This document shows, piece after piece, positions 1 to 13,369 of a stretch of DNA of 64,000 nt. The notes beneath the pieces are model-generated. The model made no database searches. It was not told where the DNA came from and saw nothing but the letters and a program-made list of their open reading frames with translations. The DNA is from Haliotis rufescens (lineage: Eukaryota), in contig NW_025964223.1 in assembly GCF_023055435.1 (NCBI RefSeq), positions 44,516,001-44,580,000 of the forward strand. Direction: 5' to 3'. The position numbers were made by a program, and so were the translations under genes. How positions within the stretch are numbered: position 1 is the first letter of the stretch; every line of letters begins with the position of its first letter.

Positions 1-568
1 AGGGACTTGACCTAAGCTAGACAATCACGGGAAATTTGGTTATCAACGGATTACTAGAAAAACGGAGTATGAACAACCCTAGCTGCATACCAGAGTATGT
101 CAGTACTAGAAACAATCTGCCCCGTAATTCGCCGATTTCGCTGCTGATAAGGACACATGATTTTGACAAGGGTTTCGTCAGCGATGGGAAAAGCGAAAGC
201 CTGGCATGGCGGACCTAACAAAGGGTGTTTCTCAACGTAGCAAAAACCCGAATAGAAAACTAACTACTAAACCAATACGGAAGATGTAAGTTCCAAAATA
301 AAGCGCTGAACATAAGCTATCGAACGGTACTATTAACGACTTATTACCAGATACTTACAACTATTGAGGTGGCAAAAATGACCATAATTACTTGCCAGAT
401 ATCTACAAGTACTAGATAATCGTGCTAATGCGTGAAAATGAAAGTTACGGAAACATTTTCAATACATGAATAAGGTAGTAAACATATATGAAATAACATA
501 TATCAAATCAATACATGATAAAAGTATGCGTTTCTACAGCCATAGAATAATATCTACGGACCACCGAT

Positions 569-990
569 TCTCAAACTCAAATTCATTTAGTGTCAGAAAA
601 ACCACCAACGGTGGTACATGAGATACAGTCATATACAATTCTTATTATGTACAAAACGACAGCATTTAACAAGAATAATAAAAATAGGATACGTAGATAC
701 TAATACAATTTACCAACTGTATTGTACACATTGTTAAGGAGTTTAGATAGGCCTTTTAGATCACTTACACTGTTAGTGGTCATACGTTTCCTAAATTGGG
801 ACAGGTTTGGAAACTTAAGAGTTCATATCGCTGTTAGTGAAAAGTTTCACATCGGACTAAATAGTTAAATTCATCTCCCGCAGCGAGTGAATCACAGAGT
901 AGTCACTGGCAGTCTTCCCTGGGAATGTTCAGCCATCGACAAGTTTCAACGGGTAATCTAGGGTTATAAGTTCTGAATTTAATACCATTT
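569..990 (-). mobile_element. LINE 3' end remnant (RTE-X-like C-terminal zinc knuckle)
   Basis: Minus strand reads IKFRTYNPRLPVETCRWLNIPREDCQ*LLC...GDEFNYLVRC, the typical LINE ORF2 C-terminal CCHC region, and ends in a (TTTGAG)-type tail. Same family as 62341-62740. Confidence 0.75.
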
Positions 991-1582
991 CAACCACTGA
1001 GGCCAGCCATGACGTGGAACATACCGATGGGGCTTGAAATACATATGATAGACCGCAATTGTCTAATACATTCATAATAAATTCTAACTATGGGACATTT
1101 TCAACTTCTATATGGATAGTAAACATGTATTTGTAAAGTATTTGTATCGAACTTAAATCTGTGGTCCCTTTGAGTTCGTTATAACCGTAGTTTACTTTAC
1201 TTTGATCATTCACCTGATGATAACCAGAAATGTCGAAAATATAAAGGTGATACTTATATGCTCACTGCAATGGTCCAGGAAATGCATATTAATCATCAGA
1301 ACGACCTCTAACTTTCCCTGTATATGAACTCGGAGTTTCAGAGCTTGTACAGGAAAATGGTCATAGTCGTCTTCAGCAGTCTTTTCCTCAATCCTTCCTA
1401 ACTTTGCTACTGCCTTGTTTGCAGAAGCGGTAGTGTCGTAATCATTCTGGACTGTCTTGGTGTTTGTTTCCTTCTGGAGAAGATTATAACCATAGTTGTC
1501 TTCTCGTGTTTGTGCTGCAGTGCCTGCTGATTGGGCAACCGAGGCTGTGGTATCATAGTTCATAGATCATCCTAATAACAAT

Positions 1583-1673
1583 GGCCGCCGTGGTGTAGTA
1601 GATAAAACGTCTGCTCGGAGAGCGGAAGGCCGGTGGTTCGATTCCTGGTCGAGACATACCGAAAGACGTTAAA
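1583..1673 (+). mobile_element. tRNA-derived SINE head (truncated)
   Basis: A-box TGGTGTAGTAG and B-box GGTTCGATTCC; matches copies at 3390-3716, 22018-22190 and 32765-33045. Confidence 0.75.
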
Positions 1674-3389
1674 TATTACAGATACCCTGCATTAGAATAT
1701 CATACCTGCTGTTTTTTTGTCCGCTTTCTTTTACTGTTGATGTTGAAGTGCCACTACTTGTGGATTCTGTAACGACATTTCATGTTGAACATCTGAAATT
1801 GTTGCTCAGGTCCATTCTGACTAGGAATCCCCACAGGGTTGGCGTGCATGAGCTCATGTGAACTAAATATTGCTTCCGACTTCCCCTGTGTTAATAACTA
1901 ACATATATTTAGAACCAAATGGAATCACAAATGATGTCAAGTCTATATGTTTGGTTGATTGTCCTCTTGAGTTTGCCATTTTCACCAATGAACTGAAGTA
2001 ACATGACAACAGTTCTTCTGTGTAAGGACCATAATTGTATATGTTTTTACACTCCCACATCATTGAAATATGTGTACTATATTCTTATGACAGTACACAC
2101 CCATGCTCATAAGTATTGTCACCCCCAATATATATGCGTGTTAGTATATGTATATGCATGGGTATATTATCATACAATATCTTGTTATAATATCATTTCA
2201 AATGTTTAATACTCGCATGTGATTGTACTTTCGAGATAGGACCCGTTTGATCATGAACACGTTTCATGATTAAAACAATCCAAACCTGAATTTAAAGCAC
2301 TACATCTAATACACTACAGGTGGTGCCTATGTTAATGTCACAAATGTTATATTTGGGATAACAGATTCCAGTACTTTTTGGAGTTGAGTCTCATCCGGGA
2401 CTAGAACCCACTCTGCGAGAGTGCAACATCTAATCGCCAGCACTCAAAGTCAGCGATCTAACTCACTCAGTCACCGAGGCTACCACAAAATGAAAGTCCG
2501 ACAACTGGTAGTCTAGATCACGTACTTTGTGTACCCCTCTGACAAGTGTAAATTGGCACGGCTCCCATGGCTGAAAGTAATGAACACAGGTAGAAATTCC
2601 CTTGACCATGGTGATTGGATGAGGAGGGCATCTCGCATATGACACAACTAATTGGTGAATATCTCACAAACAATTAGTTGGGGAACTTAATTTACATACA
2701 TTGTACTGTGTGAAACTTTTTAACACAAATAAAATATATATCAATTGTCGAGTGAACATAATAATTATTTAGTACGATTTGGACTATAAAAGGAATTACA
2801 GACAAGTTACAGTTTATTCCCAGTTGTAAGAGGAGTCGGCACTTGGTGTTGCCAAAAGCAAGCTCATGTTAACAATCGGACGTCAAACTTCCATTCATTG
2901 GATATGAGGATGATCGACCACTTTTAACACCAAAGATGACTTTGTCACGAAGCACAATATTATGTCGCTGGACAAGTGGGAAGTCACCGTTGATTGCACC
3001 CAACAGGATGTTAGTATTACAACGCTAGTTACCGATAATCAATTATGAATCAATTGTTCACAATATCAAGATTAGAGGTGACGTTTTGCAATGTCAACAA
3101 TGTATAAAATGTTACAATATTTGTAGGATTAACAGACATAGCTGAAACTTTGTATATATTGCTGCTGAGGTGTGATTCTCAGCAGCTATACATAAACTGT
3201 TTCTGCTATTTCTGAAAACCTTTGTCACGCACCGCTGCACCGTTGCGTCGGTATCTTTAGACAACGCCCCTAAATAGTTTTGCTTTGTAAACCGATTGCG
3301 GAAGGTGTGATTTCAGCCCTTTCACTTGGACATTTACATATTTTCTACTAATGTTATGATTTGTGTTAAATTGTCATCTCGGAATTGGG

Positions 3390-3716
3390 TTGAACGTCGC
3401 GATGATTAGTATTGCACTTAAAGAGTGACGCGCATGCCAGTGTGTGTGTGGCTGCTTGAACTAACCGGACAAATGCCGATTGTATAATGCTAGCCCACTG
3501 AGTTATCATGCCGCAGTTTAACACGATTCCCAACACAGACACATTATACTCAATGCCAGGCGACCAGTCCTTGTTGCAGTCCCTTAATGCCTAGCGCCAG
3601 GCAGGGTAAGTACACGCACCATCTTTTCATGCCTTTTGGTAAGACGCGGCCGGGAGTCGAACCCCCGATCTTCCGCTTTCCTGGCAGACGCTTTTTCCAC
3701 TCGACCACGGAGGCGA
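3390..3716 (-). mobile_element. tRNA-derived SINE (family 1)
   Basis: Minus-strand tRNA-like head (B-box GGTTCGACTCCC), conserved core CCTGCCTGGCGCTAGGCATTAAGGG and AGTGGGCTAGCA; many copies in the window. Confidence 0.75.
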
Positions 3717-5179
3717 TCAAGTGCATAACTGTACATTGTCGGAGGGCTCCGAGTATAAAACACATTCGAATGCAATCCGGACCCGCTCAGAATCGAACTG
3801 CCTCGCTTACAACCTGTTTAGGTGTTTTGAAATATTCTGTTGAAGCGATACGTATCCACTAGCCTTCAGTAAAAGGTCACTGTGAAGATGTCAAAGTAAT
3901 ATTATCTAATTCATTAAACCTCACCTGCATGAGCCACCCGAAGCATGTAGAACACACAGGCGATCGCGATATGACTCCAGTAGTTCATGGTCGCAGTGGA
4001 AGCATATTAGTCCTTGTTTAGGCCGCCTACAAGGAAGTAAAATAAGAACACCCAGTGTCTGCAACAAACATTACATGGTCCTTGTTCAATATTAGGTAAA
4101 TAAGTGACATGCAAGGACACCAACCCTCTACTGTCATTCACAGCATTGCTGAAGGACACATAGCATTGTTCATGGTAACAACTAATAATGAACGACACTA
4201 AGCGTGTGTGCATTAACCAATATCCGGTCATCATTCATCAACAGAAAAGGTGCTGTAGATCATAGTCTTGTGCAGACATAAAGTGTCCCAAAGGAAGAGC
4301 ACCCAATCTTCCAAATCAACGGTGTTATGTGCAGGTACTGTATCATGTTTCTGACGTATTTTGCATGACTACATGAGTGTAAAATATAATGAAAAAGCAA
4401 TATTTATCTTCTTAATATATGGGTCCGTGAGGTGGTTATTAACATATTGAATTTCCAAATTTATACCTTATCTTCTATTTATTACACATCTTTTAGTGTG
4501 TCTCGATGTAAGAATACACTGTGTTTAATATATATGTGTAAGTGCATTATACACACACCTTATATAATTTTGTAGATAATGTATTCCAGACAATATATAT
4601 CCTTGTTTGTGAATGGTTTACTTGGGCATAGTCTTGTATTTAGCAACTCAATTGGCTTTGTTGTTTGAGCATATTTGGAATATTTAGTAATACAGAAAAA
4701 CAATTCTGAAAACAGGGTATAAAAACGTCATGTATGTGATTTGTTCCATGTTCCCTTTTCGTATTAATCCATCTATCTTATTATTATCTTTAAAGTGAGA
4801 ACATGTGCGTCAATATTTTAACAAAGTTTCTGATTCACCTTACGCTTATCTGTATGGCATCCAATATTAGTTTGACGTGAACACATATGTTTATAATCCT
4901 AAAATGGTAATATTTTTATATTGCTATTCAACAAGTGATGCATGTCACAGTTACTAACAGGTAGCAATCTGAACCAGTGCAAACTTGTTCCTTTATCACG
5001 TTTTTTTGGCATGAACGTCGGACTTCCACACCAAGCAAGAGGATCTTTTCACAGAGTGTTGGAGGTCAACATGTGTTTCATGTCCACCGTTTCCCACATG
5101 TTCCAGGCCAGTAGGTACACCTATAGGTACATTGTGTGATATAACTGTCAACATAGGTCAATGGAATATATCGAAGGCA

Positions 5180-6094
5180 ATGGATCACTGTGAAATCCTC
5201 CTGGTTTACTTTGCTTTGATGATCTGTTCAAGCTCTGGTAGGATATTGTCTGTTACAGACTATATGTAACGTATACTAGAACACTTCCGAGCAATAACAT
5301 GTGTCATTGACTGGAATGTCAAATATCTGTGGAGTGTTGATATCGCCACCTCGTACCTTTGCTCACTGAGATAGACTACTTGTTTGATTGTGTACGTCTC
5401 ATTCCAGAAACGCAAATTAGAATCTAGTTTGTGTGGGGAAATGTATGCAAACCAATATAATTTTGTTTACGGTTTAGTCAGTAAGTGTGTGTTCAGAACA
5501 AATATTCGGGAATGAGTGGGCCAGAGACGTTTGGCCAAATCACTCACTTAACAATTCATGGATCGCTGGTGTCTTATCCAAGACCGTCACCTTGATGATC
5601 GTCTGTTTTCCAGTAGCATATACAGCCATGACTTCCATCTCAGTTGGATTTTGTCCCGTGATATATCACCGTACACGTCATGACATGTATTAAATAAAAT
5701 ACTGCCCTGAGAGACCCCAAACCAAACTCACTCACTAAAGGCTTATTCTTCGTAATTATAAGTGGGCTTTAATGTACACATTGTTCCTCCTCAAAATACA
5801 ACATGTCAAACATAAAAAGCAATGTTAATATATCACGTATGTCTACACTATGTTCACAGTCAATGTGTTGGCACTACAATGTCCGAGCTGCCACCGGGTG
5901 CAGAACGTGAACCACTGTCTGGAACGTACAGAGACCTGCAGCGCCTTCCAAGATGTCTGTAGTCAGAATACATTTTATTTTGTTTAGTAATATCATTAAA
6001 TATATCAATTTGTTTAGTAATGTATTGATTTTCATACAATATACATCGTGCAATCACATGACGTGATATTTCAATAGCAAACGGCATATCTGTA

Positions 6095-6167
<73 letters not shown>

Positions 6168-9100
6168 AATAAATCGTTCATTTCATATCACATTGTGGTA
6201 AAATGTTTTAGTTGTAGCAAAGTCCTCGTGATCAACGTGTTACGTCATCCTACTGTTCTTGATGACACATATATATATTTTCCTAGGTGTGCATTGGGGT
6301 TTTGGATGAATGGCACGTGACCTTCGGGTGTGGCACCATGAAGGTAGACATTCACATATATTTCCTTGAAAGTTGAAAACATTTCGTACGCTCCCTTTGC
6401 GTTTTTATCCTTCGCGACTAAGGGTAGAAACATTGTGTTCCATCTAGATATTCTTTGCTTTCTTGCTCGCCTTTTCGATATCGAATAAACATTAACAGTT
6501 GCAAACGTTCAACATTTCGTCCATCATGCTCAGGTTAGTCTTTTTTCTGTACAAACTAAGTTCAAAGAAAGGTTATTATGACCATGCGCAAATATATAAA
6601 CTGCCAAAAAATGTTTGCGTTCGTCATGAATAACAAGACAATATAAGGTATAATAAATATCTGTATGGCCTGTGGAAGATTGTACAAATAAACGTCTCAT
6701 GTTGAAATGTTCATTCAATTATAGGACACATTTACTACTGGCAACGTGGTTTTTATAATCACGTAAAGAGTAAACATTCTTTTCATGTCACCGACTTTAG
6801 AGATGTGAGTATGATGGTCTACAAGACACTACTGACTGTAGAGGTACACATCCATTTGGACCCCGCGACAAGTGTACTGTGTGCTGCACCGGGGACATCT
6901 GCCAATCTAGGATGATGCACGTACAACACGGTAAGAAGATGCTACGATCAAGCGTATACATCGTTAGGGTCAATCTGTATAATCATAGGATATCTTTTGT
7001 AATGATATGTTCCTCAGTATAGTTTCTGGATGTACACCATGCGAAACGAATAGCTTTCAATTGAGTTTCATATTACATGTTCATTTTTTTGTTATTATCC
7101 ATGTGATATAAATAACTTGGCTGTAAACAATAATAATTAATTGTTAATATGTTCTTATGTCTCTACAATGAATGTGTCCGTTGGAAATATATACAGTAAT
7201 CAACATGTGTCAAGGATATTTCATGTTGTTATCAAACTGGATAATAACTTAATTTATAAGTGTAATTATGTCTATGTTACTTAACATAAAGCTGAAAATG
7301 ATTTAGTGCCTTGACAATATGGAACACTATTCGCTTGACAACATTCTCAAGCTATTCAGTCCCATTTAGAGACTGGAGTATCCCCCAAAAGTTGGGTTGT
7401 GTGTAAGTACAAATGTCACACTGCTTGTGTGACACAAAAAACTAGTCGTCACGTTGCCACATACATCTTGTCATCCTCAACAGATTAGCATGTGGATGTA
7501 ATTGTACTTCATGTATGTCAGGGTTAGACACGGTGCCTGGTGTGATCCATTGTCCAGTTTGTCATAATGAAGACGACCCTCAGAGATGCCTGGACAATGT
7601 CATACCCTGTGAACATCACCACAGAGTGAGTAAATCATACCATATCATTGAAGGAACTTCTCGCATCCATGAATATATAATTCCTAACCCGATTGATAAG
7701 GCGTTATAAACAATGTTTTAAATAATATTTAATAACGATTTCGTTTTACATTGTAGTGATATACAAATATAAAACTTTCACTTCAGACATGTGAAATAAA
7801 GAACATTGATGGGAAATGGTCGTCTAGATGTTCTCACAACTCGTCGGTAAGTATCCTGTGTAACGGAGAACATTATCTGCGTCTTATATATATCTCCAGG
7901 GTTGGGTCAGTAGTTTGGTTGTTCGTTCCAGGCGCCCATGACTTGTTGATTTATGTTAGGCATTCATGTTCTTCCACGATATTCCAGTGCCTCCAACCAT
8001 CAAATCAGTACCCACCCGACTGCACTCAATCCGCAGGAAGCAAGGAGTGTGTGTTCTGTTGCAACGACCACACTTGTCTCGACTATGCATTTGGTATAAA
8101 GCACCTACCTACACCTTCAGCGACAACCACAAGCGTTGGGGGGACTTCGGCGACGTTGACGTTTGCTCCACCGTCCACATGTCGTGACCAGTCCCTATTC
8201 CCGTGTCACAGAGCTGTTGGAGAGGCCTGCACGGACCCTGACATATCCAAGGACTTCTGTCCACTGACATGCGGCTTTTGTAGACGTACGTGCTTCGTAT
8301 ATATATATCTGTCAGTTTTGTTCTTCTTATGATGGAAACGTACATTCGCCTTTTACCAATACGCACCAATACGCAGACCATTGCTAAATGGTCTTAAGAT
8401 TTAGTTTATGTTTAGTTGCAAAGAAAACAGATATGATCGATCACGTTATAAAGTATAAAGGATGAATGGCAGTTATACAATAATAATTTGGACGAAATAA
8501 AATGAAAGATAATCAAAGAATCAGCAAAGTATACATGTATGAAATGTATACAATTATTATATGCTCATAAGTTCAAATGCACACCCTAATAGAACACACA
8601 AGAACAAACCCCCAAAAGAATATGAAACCGAAATCCAGAATTACTAAAAGGTCAAGCATCCACAACTCTATTCCACGGACAGATCACTGTAGTAATGGTT
8701 CATGAGCTGTTAGACTCACGTATTGTAGGAATACAATAAAACTATACTCAAATTGTCGAGACATCGTTAGTATGAACCAATATGCGTTGATAAACCTTGT
8801 TTGATATATAAAGTTCGGTATACGCAGACGTATATAGAAGAATCCAATATTGCGTCCAGTTCATATTTCCCCTTAAATTCCATATACGCTTGATAACTAC
8901 ACAACAGTTCTTCGTTTTGCAGCCCGTTCAACAACTGTAACCACAAGACACGTGTCTTCCCCATCCAGTGTGACACGTGGAGGGCCAACAACAACTGTAA
9001 CCACAAGACACGTGTCTTCCCCATCCAGTGTGACACGTGGAGGGCCAACAACAACTGTAACCACAAGACACGTGTCTTCCCCATCCAGTGTGACACGTGG

Positions 9101-9549
9101 AGGGCCAACAACAACTGAACGTGCCACGAATGCACCAAATACACAAACGACTCATCACCTAACTAAACACGCGACGAATGCACCAAATACACAAACGACT
9201 CATCACCTAACTAAACACGCGACGCATGCGCCAAATAAACAAACGACGCATTCATCCACCAAACTCACGACATATAGTCCACATAAACATTCGACTGATG
9301 CTCCAGCTATGCAAACGACGCATGTACCCACTAGACACGCAACACACCCCCAAACAACTCAAATACACACAAAACACACAACACATATGGCGACGCATCA
9401 CACATCACATACGACCGTTAGAAAAGTTCCACACACACATCAGGCTATGTCCCACCCAGGCATGACTACATCGCAGACGACAACGGCTCCTAGGTCAACA
9501 ACGTCATTAGCTTTTTCTACAACGCACGACATCATACCATCAGGAATAG
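5180..9549 (+). CDS. Gene B: secreted protein with 2x LU/three-finger-like domains + ShKT + His/Thr-rich mucin (3' end unresolved)
   Basis: Phase-consistent GT-AG exons 5180-5237 (signal MDHCEILLVYFALMICSSS), 5860-5954, 6287-6343, 6801-6930, 7522-7625, 7787-7846, 7988-8285, 8923-9549. LU-like repeats LQCPSC...CTVCCTGDIC and IHCPVC...CVFCCNDHTC; ShKT CRDQSLFPC...C...CPLTCGFC. Ends either unspliced at TAA 9575 or via a later exon (weak candidate 11292-11359). Confidence 0.85.
6098..6163. repeat. (TG)n microsatellite
   Basis: Direct reading. Confidence 0.95.
8928..9235 (+). repeat. Coding tandem repeats in gene B: 3x60 bp then ~2x48 bp
   Basis: TTTVTTRHVSSPSSVTRGGP x3 and ATNAPNTQTTHHLTKH x2. 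Confidence 0.9.
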
Positions 9550-9629
9550 GTAAGGTCTTTAGCCAGGTCAGTTAACAAGTTATGCTGTGATTGGTTGATT
9601 ACACCTATTGTTGATTACAATCATTACTG

Positions 9630-10940
9630 ACTGTCTCTTTCTTCACCTCTACCTCTTTCGTCTCTCTCGTTCGCAAGCTCTACCACTTCCTACCCTCTTG
9701 TTACCATCGCTCTACATCTATCATCTCATTCTTTATCTTACCCATCTCTCTGCATCTACCCTCTCGTTCTCCATCTATCCCTAGCTAGTCAATCGTTCTT
9801 CATCTCTGTACATATCTACATCCTGTTAACCATCTCTATTTCAGTCTGCAAATCTCATTCTCCACACATATAATTATGTTTCTACCCTCTCGTTCTCCAT
9901 CTATCCCTAGCTAGTCAATCGTTCTTCATCTCTGTACATATCTACATCCTGTTAACATCTCTATTTCAGTCTACAAATCTCATTCTCCACACATATAATT
10001 ATGTTTCTACCCTCTCGTTCTCCATCTTCATCTGTATCTACACTCTCGTTTTCCATCACTATCTACCCTCGCATTGTCCACATTAATTCACATCTCGCTA
10101 CTTCTGCCTACACTCTCGTTTTCCATCACTATCTACCCTCGCATTGTCCACATTAATTCACATCTCGCTACTTCTGCCTACACTCTCGTTTTCCATCACT
10201 ATCTACCCTCGCATTGTCCACATTAATTCACATCTCGCTACTTCTGCCTACACTCTCGTTTTCCATCACTATCTACCCTCGCATTGTCCACATTTATTTC
10301 ACATCTCGCTACTTCTGCCTACACTCTCGTTTTCCATCACTATCTACCCTCGCATCGTCCACATTTATTTCACATCTCGCTACTTCTGTCTACACTCTCG
10401 TTTTCCATCACTATCTACCCTCGCATTGTCCACATTAATTCACATCTCGCTACTTCTGCCTACACTCTCGATGTCAACATGTACCTCTATCTTCCCTATT
10501 GTTCTCTATCTCTGTATGTCCCTTTTCGTTCTACCTCTTTCGATCGCTACGTCTCTCTTTCTCTCTCTCTCTCTATCTCGCTTTGTATGATATCTAACTT
10601 TCAGTATCACACATCTTTCTTTTACGATTCCTTTTATCTCCGTCTCATTCTGACACAATCTCTTTTCTTTCTCTCTCTCTATATCCCCTTCTCTACCTCT
10701 ACATCTATCTCGATACCTATATCTCTCTCAACATTTCAGCCTTCTATTCTTTCTCTCCATATATCCCCCATTCTCCACCCAAACATCCATCTGTATACCC
10801 CATTTCTCTCGCAACATTTCCTTTTCTTCAGTCTCTTCTCTCACCTTTGTACCACTCTATTATCCTTTTATATATTATTCATCCCTCTCTATCTTTTTTT
10901 ACACGCTCTATTTTACTTACCTATTATCCCCTCTGGTTCG
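9630..10940. repeat. Pyrimidine-rich tract with ~125 bp duplication and ~70 bp minisatellite
   Basis: ~125 bp unit x2 (9756-10030); ~70 bp unit CTACACTCTCGTTTTCCATCACTATCTACCCTCGCATTGTCCACATT... about x6 (10037-10470); CT-rich flanks. Confidence 0.9.
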
Positions 10941-12360
10941 CTATTTACGAACGACCATCGACTTTATGATGATAGATCACACAGAGTAGGACCTGGCTAA
11001 GAGACTTTCTATGAGTTGTAATTACTTGTAAAGCGCAGAACAGTTATATATTTCAATTTGAAAATGACAAAATTTCCTAAACCAATAATGTGTACGTTGT
11101 GATCAAATCATATAATGGTTGTTCTGTGTGTGTCCTTATTGCTAGGTCATTATATTTTCACTCATGGGTTAAAACCATTATCCGGGTGCAGTTAACATTG
11201 AATACGCCTTTGCCAGTGATGTGCATGTTGAGTTTTACCTGGTAGATGATCATATAAAACTACACTTAATGCCTCAATGTACATGCTACAGCATCGACAA
11301 CCCTGATTAGTGACATACTAGATATCCTGGTCGGGCAAGCATACCCCGCCTTCAGATAACAAAAGTATTATTTTGAATTACTGTGATAGGCCTTTTTATT
11401 CCTCGTGACAAGGAAACAATGGCTTATGCAAAAAGTGGATCACGAGTCCCTGACACGAGGCCATTGTCAGTCTCGCAACTTCCTCCTTCACGTTTTAATA
11501 CATAATGATTTGTGTGATCCCCATATGTCTGCACTGTTTGTCAACATGTGCCAGGATGTAGTTCTGTCGATCTGTTTTTATTGTAACGAAGGCTCTCCCT
11601 TTGCGTTTATATTATGTCAGTAAATTCTTTATTCCTTGTCAAGTCACTTTTAACCTATCCGTCATTGCCGCGGATCCCATGACACTACACTGTAGTGTAT
11701 AGTTCATGGTGTGTGACTGCCGAGCTTCACTGCTCATGTGGAATGCGTTTTAAATATGTACGTGTCCTTTATAACAACACAGTGGGGCTGGTTTGTCACA
11801 TTGGCTGCCGAGTGACTATTGAAGTCATTGATTTCTTTCTGTACAGGCAACCTGTTATTTTATTGCATGTGGGCATTGGTGACCCGGTCGGCTGAGCGCC
11901 TCAATTCACTGTTTGAAGCTGCGTGCCTTAGACGCAACAGATACCCATGATCGTGAAATATCGCCTTGATTGTCATTCGAGGTTTAAAGCACCATACCCG
12001 TTGGTTTCACATAGTGGTAAATGGTTAAGTTCTACACTAATTTAGGCTTTCCTCCGAGAACGAGTTCACCACACGCCGTGATATAACTGTGCGATTCGGG
12101 GATAATACGAACTATTTCTCACTGTAATAAGTCTATCGATTCAATCTAAGTGTAGCGTGGCATCGAAGTTAATATTACATATCGCTAGATTTTACTGACG
12201 TATTAAAATTGTCATGCATCGATAGTTCGATCAGTTGTTACTTCCCTACTGGTGATGAATAACAGTTCTTTGATGAGCTATACTGTGTAATTACTAACCT
12301 ATCTAATTAGCCGTTCTGTCGCATTGTGTGTCGCCATCACCCTAATACTTCACACAACTA

Positions 12361-12535
12361 CAGTAAACTACGGTTATAACGAACACGCTTATAACGAACT
12401 GACGGATATAACGAACTTACTTTTTGGTCCCGACTACTTGCCGTAGTCATGCTGTATATGTATTTATAACGAACTACGGTTATAACGAACTAAAATTAGT
12501 AGTCCCTTTGAGTTCGTTGTAATCGTAGTTTACTG
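12361..12535. mobile_element. Tc1/mariner/pogo-type MITE
   Basis: TIRs CAGTAAACTACGGTTATAACGAAC / GTTCGTTGTAATCGTAGTTTACTG flanked by TA; partial copies at ~1145-1196 and 12771-12826. Confidence 0.8.
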
Positions 12536-12629
12536 TAGTTTGTCTGGTCCAGCTACTACTTTTTATACTATTAGGTAGCCGTGCTGACGCTGTATTACCG
12601 CCCTACACACATTTACACATAACATAAGC

Positions 12630-12690
12630 ACACATACATACATACATACATACATACATACATACATACATACATACATACATACATACA

Positions 12691-12721
<31 letters not shown>

Positions 12722-12770
12722 GCACGCACGCACGCACGCGCGCACGTGCCAGCGTGCGTGCGTGCGTGCG
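12630..12770. repeat. (CATA)n / (CGCA)n / (CGTG)n microsatellites
   Basis: Direct reading. Confidence 0.95.
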
Positions 12771-12846
12771 TTATAACGAACTAAAATTAGTAGTCCCTTT
12801 GAGTTCGTTATAACCGTAGTTTACTGTAGTTTGTCTGGTCCAGCAC

Positions 12847-13030
12847 NNNNNNNNNNNNNNNNNNNNNNNNNNNNNNNNNNNNNNNNNNNNNNNNNNNNNN
12901 NNNNNNNNNNNNNNNNNNNNNNNNNNNNNNNNNNNNNNNNNNNNNNNNNNNNNNNNNNNNNNNNNNNNNNNNNNNNNNNNNNNNNNNNNNNNNNNNNNNN
13001 NNNNNNNNNNNNNNNNNNNNNNNNNNNNNN
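12847..13030. other. Assembly gap
   Basis: N run. Confidence 1.
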
Positions 13031-13369
13031 TTGTATTTATTCAATGAACCAAGTTCCAGCATTACATTCAGAACAATGAAAGGTGCAATGAGGCTTATCC
13101 AACCAGACTGCCACTTGATGCACTGTAACAAATAGATAAAAAGTCCAATTTATACACCTGGGTAAGGAAAACCTTGTCATGCCGGAATTAAAATAATTGT
13201 AAAACCAGTGAATTTGAAAGAGTAGATAAACACCTGGTTTGAACGATACCAACGACACGACACTCTTTTCTAACATATAAGTAACAGACTCCGAACTTTA
13301 TATAATGCAGCAAATTTTATGCCCTGTGCTGTATTCTTCCCTGGGGCCCACTGTGTTGCTCCCTTTGAT

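Larger units (their letters stand above)
1210..3988 (-). pseudogene. Gene A: disrupted Tyr-motif receptor, probable paralog of gene H
   Basis: Signal-peptide exon 3988-3925 (MNYWSHIAIACVFYMLRVAHA, G|gtgagg). Possible Ser/Thr stalk exon 1766-1706. Tail fragment 1563-1210 with YDTT/YNLL/YDTT/YDHF motifs collinear with the gene H tail. No TM exon found; a SINE head at 1583-1673 abuts the truncated tail. Linkage of these pieces into one gene is inferred. Confidence 0.5.

Noticed and set aside
1209-1250. Hammerhead-like TCAC-CTGATGA...GAAA...GGTGA
   Set aside because: Stem II and III pairing is poor; cannot be distinguished from chance or heavy decay.
1583-1660. tRNA gene candidates (also ~19250-19325, 22018-22090, 46600-46672)
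   Set aside because: A/B boxes run directly into shared SINE bodies; no complete cloverleaf.
1863-2645. Minus-strand ORFs as missing ectodomain exons of gene A
   Set aside because: No recognisable domain or similarity to gene H, and splice phases are not convincing.
10030-11000. Hydrophobic ORFs, and a superficially CRISPR-like 70 bp array
   Set aside because: Head-to-tail minisatellite with no unique spacers and no cas genes, in a eukaryotic context; ORFs come from CT-rich low complexity.
12771-12846. Duplicate of MITE end and flank (12480-12554)
   Set aside because: Adjacent to an N gap and microsatellites; likely a contig-end overlap artefact.
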